From Lytechinus pictus (Eukaryota): 64,000 bases of DNA. Every line of letters begins with the position of its first letter. The stretch's first letter is position 1. The notes beneath the pieces are model-generated. The model made no database searches. It worked only from the letters and a program-made list of their open reading frames with translations, and had not been told where the DNA came from. The translations under genes were made by a program, and so were the position numbers. Where the stretch lies: positions 34,412,001-34,476,000 of the forward strand of contig NC_087245.1 in assembly GCF_037042905.1 (NCBI RefSeq). Reading direction: 5' to 3'. Positions 21,620 to 34,600 of this stretch are shown one piece after another.

Positions 21620-24600
21620 TTATGAAAAAATGCTGGTGAATTTATTGATGGCAGACATCTTTAAGAAGGGATAAAAACCAAAGGACAAAAGGGGAATAAG
21701 GTGATATATTATTATAAACACATAACAATGCTCAAAGCTAAAATGCCTTATGTGTGTTTCAAATTGAGTCATTTTAGATAGGCTAGATTACTCTTATATT
21801 TATTGTCAAATAAAAAAGGCAATTTAAAATCCTGATTTAAAAAAATCAAAAGGTTAAAATTTAAGACGGTGATAAAAAAAAAGATCCCAGTTTAGTTTCA
21901 TGCAAATTGATTAGCTGACGCAGTTCTGTAGCTGATACTATATAGCATTTTGTGGATACTGAAAGCAATTCACAGCATTTAATTAACTTTGGTCCACAAA
22001 CAAACAAGAAAATATCCAACATTGACAAATTTCAGTCATCATAAAGATAGTTGTATCTCACAATACAGGATAACACTAACCTTCCCCCCTTTTCTAAAAA
22101 TTTACTTGCACTTTTGTGTGAAATCATGTCAAAACTTTGTATACCAGCCTACCACTTAAAGTATCATTATAACTGAATTATTTCTTTTTCTTTCATCAGA
22201 GAAGTTCACATTAATTGTATATATTTGAAATGCTAGTATGCCAAACAACCCAATATTCTTACACTAGATTAGAATATTACTATAAGAATGAAGGAATCAA
22301 AAGTATTATCAATTTTTTTAAATAAAATTTTGGATCAGAAGACTTTTGATTGTCTCTTCTTGATTATGAATAAAGCCGAGTTCAGTCATTTGTATGAAAA
22401 TTAAAATCACGACTAACATGATCACTGACAATTGAACTCACTACTAAAGATTAAATAATTATCTATTCATTTTCAGGGTCGCATAAATCGTGCATAGTTC
22501 TTGATGTTTTTACACAAATTACAAATTACACACATCTTTTTTTGTACACATGACGTTCAATCAAATCAGTTTAAAATGTAACTTCAGCTAACATATCAGT
22601 AAAAATAAACCAAGTAAAAACATGCAAACGAGACATGCTAGCCTGCCTGCCTGATAAACTTAAAATGGATCTGTATTTTCTTAGAAGAATGGTCAATCGA
22701 TTTCAGGAAAAAGGTCGATTAGACATATGAATGAGTAATATCAGAGGTATAAATAGAGCTTGAATAGTCTTTGAATATTTTTTTTTATGAGTAACTGAAA
22801 TAAGCAGGTAGATTGTGCAAATTGCGCATATTGCTATATGAATTTGAAATTTAAACAAAAATGATGACCAGATAGAGATCACTATAACTCTCAATACTAC
22901 GCCTCTGAATGTGTAGAACTTTGTTCTTAAAATTGGTTAATAATATACATGAAATTCTACCACCAATATAATAATAAAAGAAAGCAAGCTTAAAAGCATA
23001 TATACAGTCTTGCATTGGCAAATACTCATATTATGCCTCAGCATCTAAAATTACTCTGTTAAATATCTTAACGTACATGGAAAACCCGCTATGTAACTTA
23101 TACAAGTATTGAATAAAGAAAATGCTACATTCTTTGTACAAATTTCATATGTGTAGCGTTTTTGAAATCACTAACTTAGAGAAAAAATGTCAATACATTG
23201 AAGTCACTTTTTAACAATAAACATTTTCTTACACATGTTACGTTTTACAGGTTACAAATAGCTCACAAAAAGAAACACAATATGTAAAAATGAATATATT
23301 TCACAACTTTCCACATCAATTTCTTACTTCTGATTTGATTTGTAAAGGAACTCTGAAAAATTGATATTTTTTTTATTCTTCCTTTTCTTTTTAGTATCCA
23401 TGTAGTATTGTGAAACAAAGAGCTTTTATATATCTTTTATCTACTTAAATTCATCAAACAATCAAAATACTGTAAACTTTTGGGTTGATCAAATGTCAAG
23501 ATGCAATTGTGCCATTCTTTTCAGTATATCTGGGTTTATTCTTCCAGACAAAATAAACAAATACCTACACCACTCTTGCAAATTCATTCATCCCATAAAA
23601 ATAAGTTCATCCACACAATCAAGCTAACAAATTAAATTTCTTCACTGGCAGTAAAACCTATCGCTATGTTGTATAAAAATGAGAGTGCAATAACTTACTG
23701 TTAACTTACATTTAGTGCCATGTGTTTATCATCAACACACAGTAGCCATTAATAAGTACAACTCCATATTTCATGCTTGATAATAATCTTGATATTTTTT
23801 CTTATAAAAACATCCAACATACTGGTATGCAATTGATACATGATTGATCACAGGGAGGTCTGAAACTATTAGAGGAAACATCAAACAACCGAGTTCACTA
23901 ATACAAATATAACTAGACGAAGTCTACAGCCATTTCATCTATCATACTTCCTTTATACATATACACATTTCTCTTGTTGGTGTTTTGTTTTTGATGGAGG
24001 CACATTTCATAGTAATAATTAAGAGAATAAAGTGAAGAAAGGAAAGAGTTCCGGATGAAAACAGGCTTCAATATCTTATACGGTATCATAGATTATTTTG
24101 GGAAAGATCTTGCTTTATTTCCTATTTTGATTTGGATATTCTGAATGAAAACAGCGATTTCTAATTCATATAAAAGAATCTACAATGTATCATGTCAAAT
24201 GTATTCTAACTGGAGAATAAACATATGAAGTGTGGAATGAATTAATGAAAGAATGCTGTTGACCTACCGGTTGATTGGATCTACATGTATAATCCAATTC
24301 AGTGTTCTTCAAAATGAAGATTACATGGAAGATTTAATTCAGTCTTAAGTACACAATGTTCTCTTTTCAAGGTAAAAATAAAACTAAAGTACAATCAAGA
24401 AAAAAAAAATCAAAAGGCTAAAACGTTGTGCAAAGATACATCATAAAAGTGCAAAATTTCTGTAGAAAATATACCATTCAACTTAAATAATCATTTACCG
24501 GCTTCTTCATTCGCATTTTGTTTGTAACCCAACAACAAGATCCCATTATAATTTACTTTTCATTAGATGATTCAAAACTCGAAAGATAAAAAGAAACCGT

Positions 24601-25011
24601 ATGAAGTGTATCTTTTTATCATTACGGATTAAAAACATAATATGAACAACTATTAAAAGAGGATAACTTTCCTCAATTAGTACACCCTGAGACCTAAGCA
24701 CTGAAGAAAAAAAATACCTTCGACATTCCCCTTTTTGTTGGATGTATAAACAAAACTACTCATTTCTTTCAAAGAAACAAAACATACCCTTGCATATAAC
24801 AATTTAGAATTCGAGGCCAGTCAGTCAGTTCGTGATGGAAAGAAGTTTATGCAGGCCTGTATGATGTTGCGTTCTTCCAAATTTGATCGTTGAAATAAAG
24901 AGTCATAATGGTTGGCGAGTCGACCTGAGCATTATCCCTGCCCCGCCTTCTCCCAAAACAAGATACGCGAATAAAATAAAAATCTCTTCGAAGAAAAAAG
25001 GTGAAAGTGTT
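21620..25011 (-). other. Putative long (~3.4 kb) syndecan 3' UTR
   Basis: AT-rich with no recognisable transposons downstream of the stop; minus-strand AATAAA at 21641-21646 (others near 21293 and 21800). Confidence 0.45.
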
Positions 25012-25178
25012 TTATGCGTAGAACTCTTTAGTGTCTTTCCAGTATGCTGTGGGGTCCTTGACTTTGTGTGGCTCGTCGAGGGAGTAGCTTCCTTCATCCT
25101 TCTTCTTGATGCGGTAGATGACAAAGAGGAAGAGAAGAACAACTGTCAGAAGAATCAGAACCACAGCGCCAACCATAC
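25012..25178 (-). CDS. SDC: Syndecan terminal exon: transmembrane helix and cytoplasmic tail
   Basis: ttgtag acceptor. (G)MVGAVVLILLTVVLLFLFVIYRIKKKDEGSYSLDEPHKVKDPTAYWKDTKEFYA* contains the C1 motif RxKKKDEGSY and the PDZ-binding EFYA end. Not in the ORF track in this frame. Confidence 0.97.
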
Positions 25179-26776
25179 CTACAAGCGAACAGGAACAAAA
25201 AAAAATAATAATTTCTTAGTCATCTTAAAGGTACAAGAATGTAGTTCCAGCAAACAATTATTTGATGAGAAAGTCTTTTGATTCAAGGTTAATTGTCACA
25301 TATCATAGATCTAGATCGGGTACATTAACGTAGACTTATCATTGTGAAGTCATGAAATGCTACTGTACATGTAGCTGAAAAATGCTGATAATCACTATAC
25401 AGAATAGCAGATGTGGAACAGTTATTTTGCTTATTTCTCTATTTACACATTTGCTCCCAGAACCGTTTGGCACATGTTTTTTATATATATGTACAAAACA
25501 TGTGGGTGGTAATTCTATTGGATAAAATAGAATAAACATAAAAATATATAACAAAAATATATTAACATTGATATAAAAATGTCAACAGTTTCACAAACCA
25601 AGTCCAGGTTGAAGTCAAAGTTTTATTAAGATCCAATTGATATGTGTGTAATTTTGATAAAATGCAGTATTTGTATGACATGACCAGGAATATGACTAGA
25701 AAATGTTTGGAGAAATAGTCCCATTGATCCACCTGTTAAACCTGGTACAGAGAGGCGGAGCCTGACTGGTTTATTCAGTCTTTTTTTATTATTTAATATG
25801 TACATAACAATAGGCCAGGGCAGAGCATTGAGGGGAACGGTTGAATCAATAATCCATTACCAAGTAAACAATTTTTAAAAAACATCTCCATTTATAATTT
25901 CAAAAGAGAGATATGGAATGCAATGTCAGAGTGAATGAGGAAATAACACTTCATATCACTTCAAACCAGGATATTTCCAATTAATCATTTGCTTTTGAAA
26001 GCATTGTGTTCCAATTATAAGCACACTTATATGAAAATCTGTTTCACATTAATAACATGATGTCATCGTATTTTGATTGATTCTACTTCAGACTGACCAA
26101 GAAGTGAGGGGAAACTATTTCTACTTTTTTAATAGCTGCATGTTCTCATCAAGAGTTAAGTGTGACTAAAAGGAGCACTTCATTTATTAATAGTTGTTGC
26201 ACTATAAAGTGCATTGGTCAGAGTGTATTTACACAAGGAGCAAAGCGTGACTTATGCCAAGTTTTTTAAAGGGGACACACACAACCAGGTATTCATGAAT
26301 GAGATTACTTGTAAGATATCAAGTGTACACTAGGACGTGTTTCACAAGTGTTACTTTTTGTCACTCTAAACTGCCTAGTTGAATGAAGTACAACGCATCA
26401 TCACTTTGGGCAGATCATGCTCAGTGGGTGCGGGCTCCCACCTAAACTTCAATGAGGTTACGTATGTAAGGAACCATGTGGGCATGACTTTAAGTCTACC
26501 ACACTTAAATCTTTACCAACCAACTCCCCTCCCCCCAAAAAAGGTAGGCAGGTTTTTAATTTCAACATGGGGGGTGGGGGATCAATGCTACTATTCTATG
26601 GGGCAAAATTTATATAATAAAGCATACATGTGCATGTACATGTGGGCAAAAAAAAAATGGCACAAACAAATTTTCAAAGGCCAACAAAAGGGGCATAGAG
26701 GTCAAATATTGGGTCATCCACGAACTTGACCTTGGATTAGTTCAAGCCCATGGTTGGAATATGAACTTCTTCCTAC

Positions 26777-26987
26777 CTGCTAAGATAGCGGGATTCTCAA
26801 AGATCATCTTGAAGAAGTTCTGGGGCTCTTCATTGACATCATTGGGTCCAGCTCCGAGGGCATCATTTCCATTCTTATACCTCACATTCCCATCCTCGTC
26901 ATAAATTGGTCCAATGCCATTTGAAATTGTGGGTCCACCATTCCCGCCAGTGTTCTCGTTTATATCGTTATTCATAGTCGTTACTTT
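26777..26987 (-). CDS. SDC: Syndecan membrane-proximal ectodomain exon
   Basis: ctccacag acceptor, G|gtagga donor, phase 0-1; KVTTMNND...QNFFKMIFENPAILA(G) joins the transmembrane exon in frame. Confidence 0.92.
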
Positions 26988-28667
26988 CTGTGGAGGAGAA
27001 AAGGGGAGAGATTCATAGTGTGGGCTTTAAAATAAAATAAATGATGATGATCTAATTATTGTTATCAGTGAAAATGTATCAAAATTATATAATCTTGAAT
27101 AGGAATATTTTCAACAGGTTTCATTTTCTTATGAGACCCAACAAGTTTCTCCAGCTATGAAGCATTAACGGTAATGATTCATTGTTATTATTGTTCACTA
27201 AAAGCCTTTTATTGATGTGATCATTGTTCCCCTCCTTCAAAATATTTTCAGGGCAGTGTGGAATTCCTTTACATAATGGCTTGTTACTTTTTGTAATGCA
27301 GAATTGCGCCTAAAATCCCCCCCCCAAAAAAAAAAAATTATGCTTTGGGGCAACTATGCTTTCTCGAGTCTCCCAAAGATCTGTTCCATACAATATTTAA
27401 GATTTAGAAAAATCAATATTCTTAGCTGTGGCTGAAGAATATTTTCTTTTACTGCACAATTACTTTTACCCCTTAAAAGTAGCCCTTCAAATGAGAGGAA
27501 TCTCCCCCAAAATTCTGCAATCGCCCCGATGTGGAAAAGAAAAATGGCATTACGAATCATTTCCTACCCTGGGTGCATTTTTATCACAGGTCTATTTTAA
27601 AAGATGTAGACTTCAGTGAAAGCTTGATAATAAAATTCAGCCTGTATTGTTTTTAAAACCTACATATGTTTATCCTTCTTTGTGCTTACACATGTCTGAC
27701 ATTAGACTTTACTAACACCAAGGTCCTAATAGTATTATTGCATTACCATGGAAACCTTGATGTTGATTGGCTGCTGAGCCCTGTTACCATGGTTGTTGCC
27801 ATGACAAAATTACCATACAGGTATGTAAGAAGGCAATCAACACAGCCAACAGACATTTTGAATTTGAGAAATCTGGGAATGAACTAAATGTGATTCCAAG
27901 ACAGTAATCAAAATTAGGCAAATAAATTGCTCTTTGTGGATAATAATAAAGTCTTTAATTGTATATATTGCTGTATATTTTAGAGTGTTTAAAGACAAAT
28001 ACAAGCATTCTATACACATGTTTGATGAAAGTTTGAGAATATTATTACCCATATCAGACATCTGAGCTGGTGGTTTACGATACTGTATTGCCCTAGATTT
28101 TCTAAATATTGGGAAGGGATAGGTATATTATTCGTATTTTGCTCGGTCTCTATGTGCGTACTGACTTTGCATGGAGAGACGAAGCAAAATGTACCTTTGA
28201 ATTTTTCCCTGGTCTCACATCAAGTCATCTGAAGATGCATAGAAAGAGATACACATCATATTGATCTGTGCAGCAATAGCAGATGAGACAACACTGGGTA
28301 CTGCATCCCCAGATCAGAAAAGCAACATCTCAATAATGTCACAATGGCCATAATGGTAAAGCTCAGAGGCTTCGCTCAACATGACATAACAGAATCCCAT
28401 TTTTAAAGGGTAAAATATCTCAATTTTCATGATTTTGCTCTTGATGTCTGATTTGGATTATAATAAAAATATTGCCTGGCTCTTCTTTCTCGGAACATCA
28501 AATATATTGCCCTTTAAAAGAACGACATTGCCCTCGTCTGAAGACTCGGGCCAATATGATTCTGTTGCTGGCACCATATTTGGTACCCCCCCCTCAAGGC
28601 CAGTCAATACCATACAATAAGCTTTGCACAAAGTGCACTTAACCTTAAATATATAAGAAATACTTAC

Positions 28668-28708
28668 TGATGTGGGAGAGAAAGAGACTGCAGGATCAAC
28701 AAGGTTAT
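28668..28708 (-). CDS. SDC: Syndecan 41-nt internal exon (N)NLVDPAVSFSPTS
   Basis: Strong tttactttgcag acceptor and gtaagt donor; phase 1-0 bridges the flanking exons, which are otherwise out of frame. Confidence 0.85.
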
Positions 28709-30409
28709 CTGCAAAGTAAAAAGAAGTAAATAAGTTCATTTACATGTGAATTCTATTGATGAATTGAAGAATGGCCATCATTGGAAGAGTGGTGATCCAA
28801 ATATCACTACTTCCCAGGGTTCTCTCGAAAAATCTCTATTGTTCACTTTTCACAGGCCACTGGGATGTGTTTTTAATTTCAATCCGACTATATTTTTTTC
28901 AAACCATAGATCATTGTGTTTCCTAATGCATTTTCTGAACCGTACAAAAATGCAGTGTGGAGGATGTGAGAAAGGCAGACCTACTCTGGTTTCCATCACC
29001 TACAAGTTCACAGGTCAACAAGAAAACAGAATAGAATTTTTCCTACAAGAGTGGACTTACTCAACCTTTTCTCAATAAAAATTATGTTTATTCTATTACA
29101 AAACAAACCGCTACTTTGAATATCAAAATGCATGATAATCTATTTTCTATCTTCTTTCACCTGAAACAAAATGAACGCTTCGCAACTTCATTGTATTTGT
29201 AGCGCCACGCATTGCAGAACCTCTTTTGGGGGGAGATTGGTTGAGCACAGATTAATCAGTCGTGAATACTTTCAATGACTTTTAATAAGTTTCTATTGTT
29301 CACGGGTCAATAAAACTCTTATAAAGGAATTCCCATTTACATCTACATGGACATGCATATTACTGTGATATTTATTACCAAGCAAAATTTTGTTTCTCTC
29401 ATCCCTTTTATAGTATGCAGAGTATACACAGTTTAATCTCCTTAAATTGGAATAATGTTAAATGTCCATTTAATCAAACTTAACAATATAAACCATCAAG
29501 TGTATTTTTATTTTGTAGGGTTTTTTTCTTAACAGCAAAAGAGAGCATGTTACAAATTTATCAACTGTATTCAAAGACCTTGAATTTTTTTAAAATAATT
29601 TATCAACAGTGGCCAAGATTCTGAACTCTAGTTTGCTGTAATAAGTTTGCTTTATGCTATTTGAGGCAGGAACATTTGCTAAACATAATAATACTAGTTC
29701 TATTATATGATCTGTCAGTTAATGTAAAATAATACTTTTTACATTAGGCCAAAATATACCACTACTTCTACAATATTTTAGAATCGATTGACCAAAAAAA
29801 AAAAGATTTGTGAAGTCATTGTTAGGAATGTAGGCCTAAAGGGATCAGTTTGATATCCCTCAACCATCTCTCTGGCCACGCCTTCCTCTCAGTTCTAAAA
29901 GTAGAAACAGTAGTGACCTTTAACTTCAAACATATCACAAGACACTTTCCTGCTACAATGTCATGCAACATAGCAATCGATAATGGAGCTCCGGTGAGCA
30001 GCGGATTTCGTAAGATTGTTTTAATTGGTTTAATTTAGCAGGTTGATGGACATGAATATCCTGTATGCTTGCTTCTATCCTTCCAGTCATGTACAGCTTG
30101 GGTTGTACCAGGTATAATACATGTACATGTTTATTGTAAACATCATCTACCTACCCAGAAACTAACTGGTGGATAAATGATTATTTCAAACCTTACAAAG
30201 TAGAAACAAATATGCACAATGTTTTTGGAACAAAATGGGTTGCTTTTTATTATGCTTTTTGGCTTTTTCAAAATTGTAAGTGGGTGCACGCATTTTCATT
30301 TTGCAAGGCTTCATGCTCATCAGTATCATAAAGTGGTTGAAATAAATGGAAATGCGATGGGTACTATCATTACCAATGTGTGCACTTTTTTCAGTATCAT
30401 CCGTGAATC

Positions 30410-30740
30410 AACCATTTTGAAACCCCACAGCAATTTTACAGGGCTATTTTGCTATATCAAAAGAGGACTATATTCCGCAATTTGGGAGCAAATGGCTCAA
30501 TACTCCTGTGTGTTTTATCAGTGATCTGGAAAGAATGTTTACTTCCTTTTTGTGGCAATTTCTTTTATATAGATGTTGTTTATTCAAACTACCAATACTT
30601 GAAATCACTATATTTATCAAACCCCACAGAAATTTTCCAAGGGCATTTTGCTATTGAAGAGGGCTATGTTCCACAGTTTGGGAGCAAATGGCTCGATACT
30701 TGTGTGTGTTTTATCAGTGATCTGAAGCAAATGGCCCTCT
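30410..30740. repeat. Degenerate tandem repeat, about 199-bp period, 2 copies
   Basis: AAACCCCACAG...TTTGGGAGCAAATGGCTC...TTTTATCAGTGATCTG at ~30421 and ~30619. Confidence 0.7.
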
Positions 30741-30756
30741 ACTGAACAGCGATCAG

Positions 30757-30981
30757 GGGGGTGTTTCACAAACAGTAAAGTATGACTTAGAGTCCCACTT
30801 AAATGCCGACGCGTACATGATATTCAATGCGTGATGGTATTGATCAATACGCAGTAGTGCACGTCCTCTTGGCATGATCTGACCAATGTGGTCAAGCCTT
30901 TTATACCACATGCAGCTACATGTAGGCATTTTAGTGTGACTCTACATGTAAGTCATACTCAACTCTTTGTGAAACACCCCC
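30757..30981. mobile_element. PIF/Harbinger-like MITE next to a syndecan splice donor
   Basis: GGGGGTGTTTCACAAA ... TTTGTGAAACACCCCC TIRs. Confidence 0.8.
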
Positions 30982-30998
30982 CTGGAAAATATACTTAC

Positions 30999-31152
30999 TT
31001 CCTGATCCCTCTGTGGGTATAAGATCCTCATCGTCTGTCGTTGTGCCACCAATGGCATTTGGTCCGTCACCGCTCACCTCAATAGCCTCCATTATCTCAG
31101 CGGGCAGAGCCCGAACATTATCAGTTCCATCATCAATGTAGATTTCACCATT
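30999..31152 (-). CDS. SDC: Syndecan exon with glycosaminoglycan attachment sites
   Basis: T-run + gccag acceptor, A|gtaagt donor. NGEIYIDDGTDNVRALPAEIMEAIEVSGDGPNAIGGTTTDDEDLIPTEGSG has Ser-Gly sites in acidic context. Confidence 0.92.
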
Positions 31153-31326
31153 CTGGCACATGAAAAAAAAAGTTAAAATTTTCTTAGAACTTACAAATCA
31201 AAACTCCACCTGCAACATAACTAAGTTGTGGTAAATAAACAGCAAAATAGAATATAATATGGTATAAATTTGTAAGTTTTTTTAGCACTGATCATTAACA
31301 AAGCTTCATTTGACTGAATTTCAGAT

Positions 31327-31614
31327 GGTAAATTGCCAAATCGTCTACTGCCAACTGGTCCACTCACCACATGGTCTACTTTCATTTAGTCTAATGCCTT
31401 TCCGTCCAACAACCATTTGGTCCAATTAGCACTTAGATCAAATGGTACATGGACTATTGGCTATTGGACCAACTGGTTAAAGACGGAATGGCATTAGACT
31501 AAATGAAAGTACACTGTAGACCATGTGGTGCGTGGACAAACTGATGGTAGACCAAATGATAGTAGAAGAGTTGGCAATTGGATGAATTGGCATTAGACGA
31601 ATAGGAAATAAACC
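31327..31614. mobile_element. Palindromic MITE built of short sub-repeats
   Basis: ACCACATGGTCTACTTTCATTTAGTCTAATGCC is mirrored by GGCATTAGACTAAATGAAAG...GACCATGTGGT; GGT...ACC ends. Confidence 0.75.
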
Positions 31615-32444
31615 TTTGAGAGATTATAGAACATTTTAACTTCCTTCGAAGAATAATATAATGAAAGACAAAAGCTGAGACAAAGAATATATCAATCCAT
31701 GAAAAAAAAATCTACCACTAACCTCCCTCCTCCATCTCTATCTATATCACTCTATCTCCACCCCCCCCCCCCCCCCCGGCCCGCTGACTTGAGACTACTT
31801 CTACATTGCCAAGTCACAAGTCATCAATGAACATGCACGCTCCAAACATTGACAAATCATTTTCTTATCTCTCATACCGATCTTCATCAACATTTTGCTC
31901 CACAAACAGGAAATCTTCAATTCAGTTCCTCAGACAACCATGCTACAAATTCATCCTTTATATTACAGTCACACTAGCGAAACCGATTCTACACTGATCA
32001 AATCGACTACATTATTTCAAATGCCATATATCATTGGTCAGATTGGAGTCAATTTCTTTGGTGGGACTGTAGTCTGTAGCATTAGTGTAAAGTATGCATT
32101 TTCTTATTAAAACACTCAGTTACTCATATATAAGCTTACTCATATACATGCAGCATCATTCATACAAAATAATTTTTTAACCTTTATGCATTAGAACACT
32201 TCAGAATAATGAATGATAATATTAAATGATGAAATGGCTTTTATAGTGCACCCTAAATATCAACAAATATACAACTAGAAAACATGAACTGAAAATCTGA
32301 AATGATAAGCGAAACTGCAATTTCAGGGAATATCTGATACATTGTATCTTTGAGAAAGTTGATCTCCATTGTCTAAATTCAACAAAACATATAAAAATGG
32401 TAGGCCTACATTTTTTCCACAACACTCTGAAATAGCCATCAATA

Positions 32445-32808
32445 GGTGGTGCTGCACCATCCCGAGTTTGCCCAATATCGAGATTCAAGAAACCCCGTCT
32501 CCACCATCGCAAGAAGAGCAATTCCTGCTCGAGCGAGGCATCGATGCATTATGGTCTGACGCCGTGAATAAATGATGCCGAGTGCATCTGCACCTACGAA
32601 TTAGCGCGACAATTCGTGAAATAGCGCGCTATTTTGCAAATAATCCCAAGTTGACTTGGGATTGCAATCTCGAGATTAATCCTACGAACTAGCTCGATAA
32701 TTGCGTCTCCATTGCAAATAATCTCGAGATTGTTCAGACAGATCGGGATAATTTGCCGGATCAGAAATAGCGCACTAATTTGAAAACTTGGGATGGTGCA
32801 GACGGCCC
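32445..32808. mobile_element. PIF/Harbinger-like MITE
   Basis: CTGCACCATCCCGAGTTT ... AAACTTGGGATGGTGCAGACGGCCC inverted termini; CpG-rich interior. Confidence 0.7.
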
Positions 32809-34348
32809 TACTAGAACACATTTCAGTTCAGACATCGGAACAGGGAGGATAGATTCTTGCAAAGAGATGGTGAAGATTATCTAAGTGGAACAGGAACCAT
32901 GGACTTGTGGATGGTCCATGTACAGGAACTACGGGTGCTACAGGATCAGGGTCGCAAGATCAAAATCAATGTCTGCAGATCCTACAAAACATGTAGGCCT
33001 AGAGCGATACCGTATCAACTACTGCATTCGGATTTTCATGTGTTCCTACAAAGTTCAAACTTGTATGGAATTATCCCAGTTTACCTTCTTTTTTTTTAAT
33101 ATGGGGGATGGGTTTTCTTTTTAGATCAGACAATAAATATTCAAGGTTCCCATCCATACTTTCTTTAGTAATGGGTCAAGGAGGGATTTTGCATTCTTAA
33201 AAAAAAATATGCAATTTAGAAAATATATACTGCATATAGATACATGACAGGTTAAACAGGGCTAAATAATGATATTAAAAACCTTTATCTAAAATTTCAT
33301 CTTTTGACAAAGAGTAACTTTGAGGTCACTTTTCAATAACAACAACAACAAAATAAACAGTATTTCCACCATCTCTTGTATCGATAAACACAAAGAACAG
33401 CAGTAAAGTTATTTTGAACAACATGCCACCATGAGCCAACTTGTAGACAGTAGCTGGTGGCGCAATCTAATCCCTATCATATTATATCAGTTGTGTATCA
33501 AATTGTAACAAGATATGTAAAAAATATCCTGGATGTGCAGTATTAAATGCTCATCCATGGTCTACGTGACTGAGTGTTGATAAACGCCAATTGGAAGTAA
33601 TTCAGAGGAACTTTCTTCAACTGGATATGCATGTACAAATCTGTAGGCAAAATATTACTAGTTAAAAAATCAAGGGCTATTTAAAGCTCACTAGCCAATA
33701 TTGGACGCTATGGTATTTCAGGGGCATTTTAAAAAAAAATAGTTTTCCAGTGATCTTTAATAAGGGAATTTAAGGGGCAAATTAGCCCCAAATGCATTTT
33801 CTTCTGTGAGGCAAAACCTCTACATCAATAGAGTATGGTATTTGGTATTTGTTTAATATACCTGGATGGGGTTACATGTAGATGCTATTCTAGGGGTTGA
33901 AATCTATCTATTTGATGTCAAAATCTCAGTTTTTGTGATCGTCTTCTAATGTCTACTTTAAAGTTATTCAAATAGTTATGTACATACAGTCATACAAACA
34001 TCACATTCTCCAACATGGTTGAATGAAATGATTACATTGAAATTAAAATAACTGGAAGGTTTCATTCATCAACTGAACGAGATAGTAGTTTTTGCTTTCA
34101 TATCTTTCTGTGGCACCAGGGGCTGTCAACGCAATTGCATCATGTGGTCTTATCTGATACTGAGGTGTAGTATGTTTATTAAACATCTGTCCCAATTCCC
34201 AATTCTATTCTTGGTTCTGATACACGCTCATGCCAACACTACTCACACAATATGATACAGTCAGTGAAAACTTTACGAAAATCAAGATGTACAATGTACA
34301 TGAAGGTTTTTTTTATACTGTACACCCTGATGCAGAATGCATTGCAAT

Positions 34349-34600
34349 GCATTATAAAGACGGAATTCTATCAAATATCATGGCAGTAGCTGTATTTAAT
34401 GGAACACTGTTATAGACAATACTTTTTTATCATTATTTGATCAATATAACATCACCTTTATGGAAATTGTATAGGCATTATAAAGACGGAATTTTATCAA
34501 ATATCATGGCAATTAGCTGTATTTAATGGAACACTGTTATAGACAATACTTTTTTATCATTATTTGATCAATATAACATCACCTTTATGGAAATTGTATA
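34349..34600. repeat. Near-identical 126-bp tandem duplication
   Basis: GCATTATAAAGACGGAATT at 34349 and 34475. Confidence 0.92.

Noticed and set aside
24883..25281. 132-aa + strand ORF and 79-aa - strand ORF over the syndecan last exon
   Set aside because: Antisense and alternative-frame shadows of the real exon 25178-25012.
28458..28667. Read-through of the 41-nt syndecan exon into a longer ORF
   Set aside because: There is a strong gtaagt donor at 28667 and the downstream peptide is not syndecan-like.
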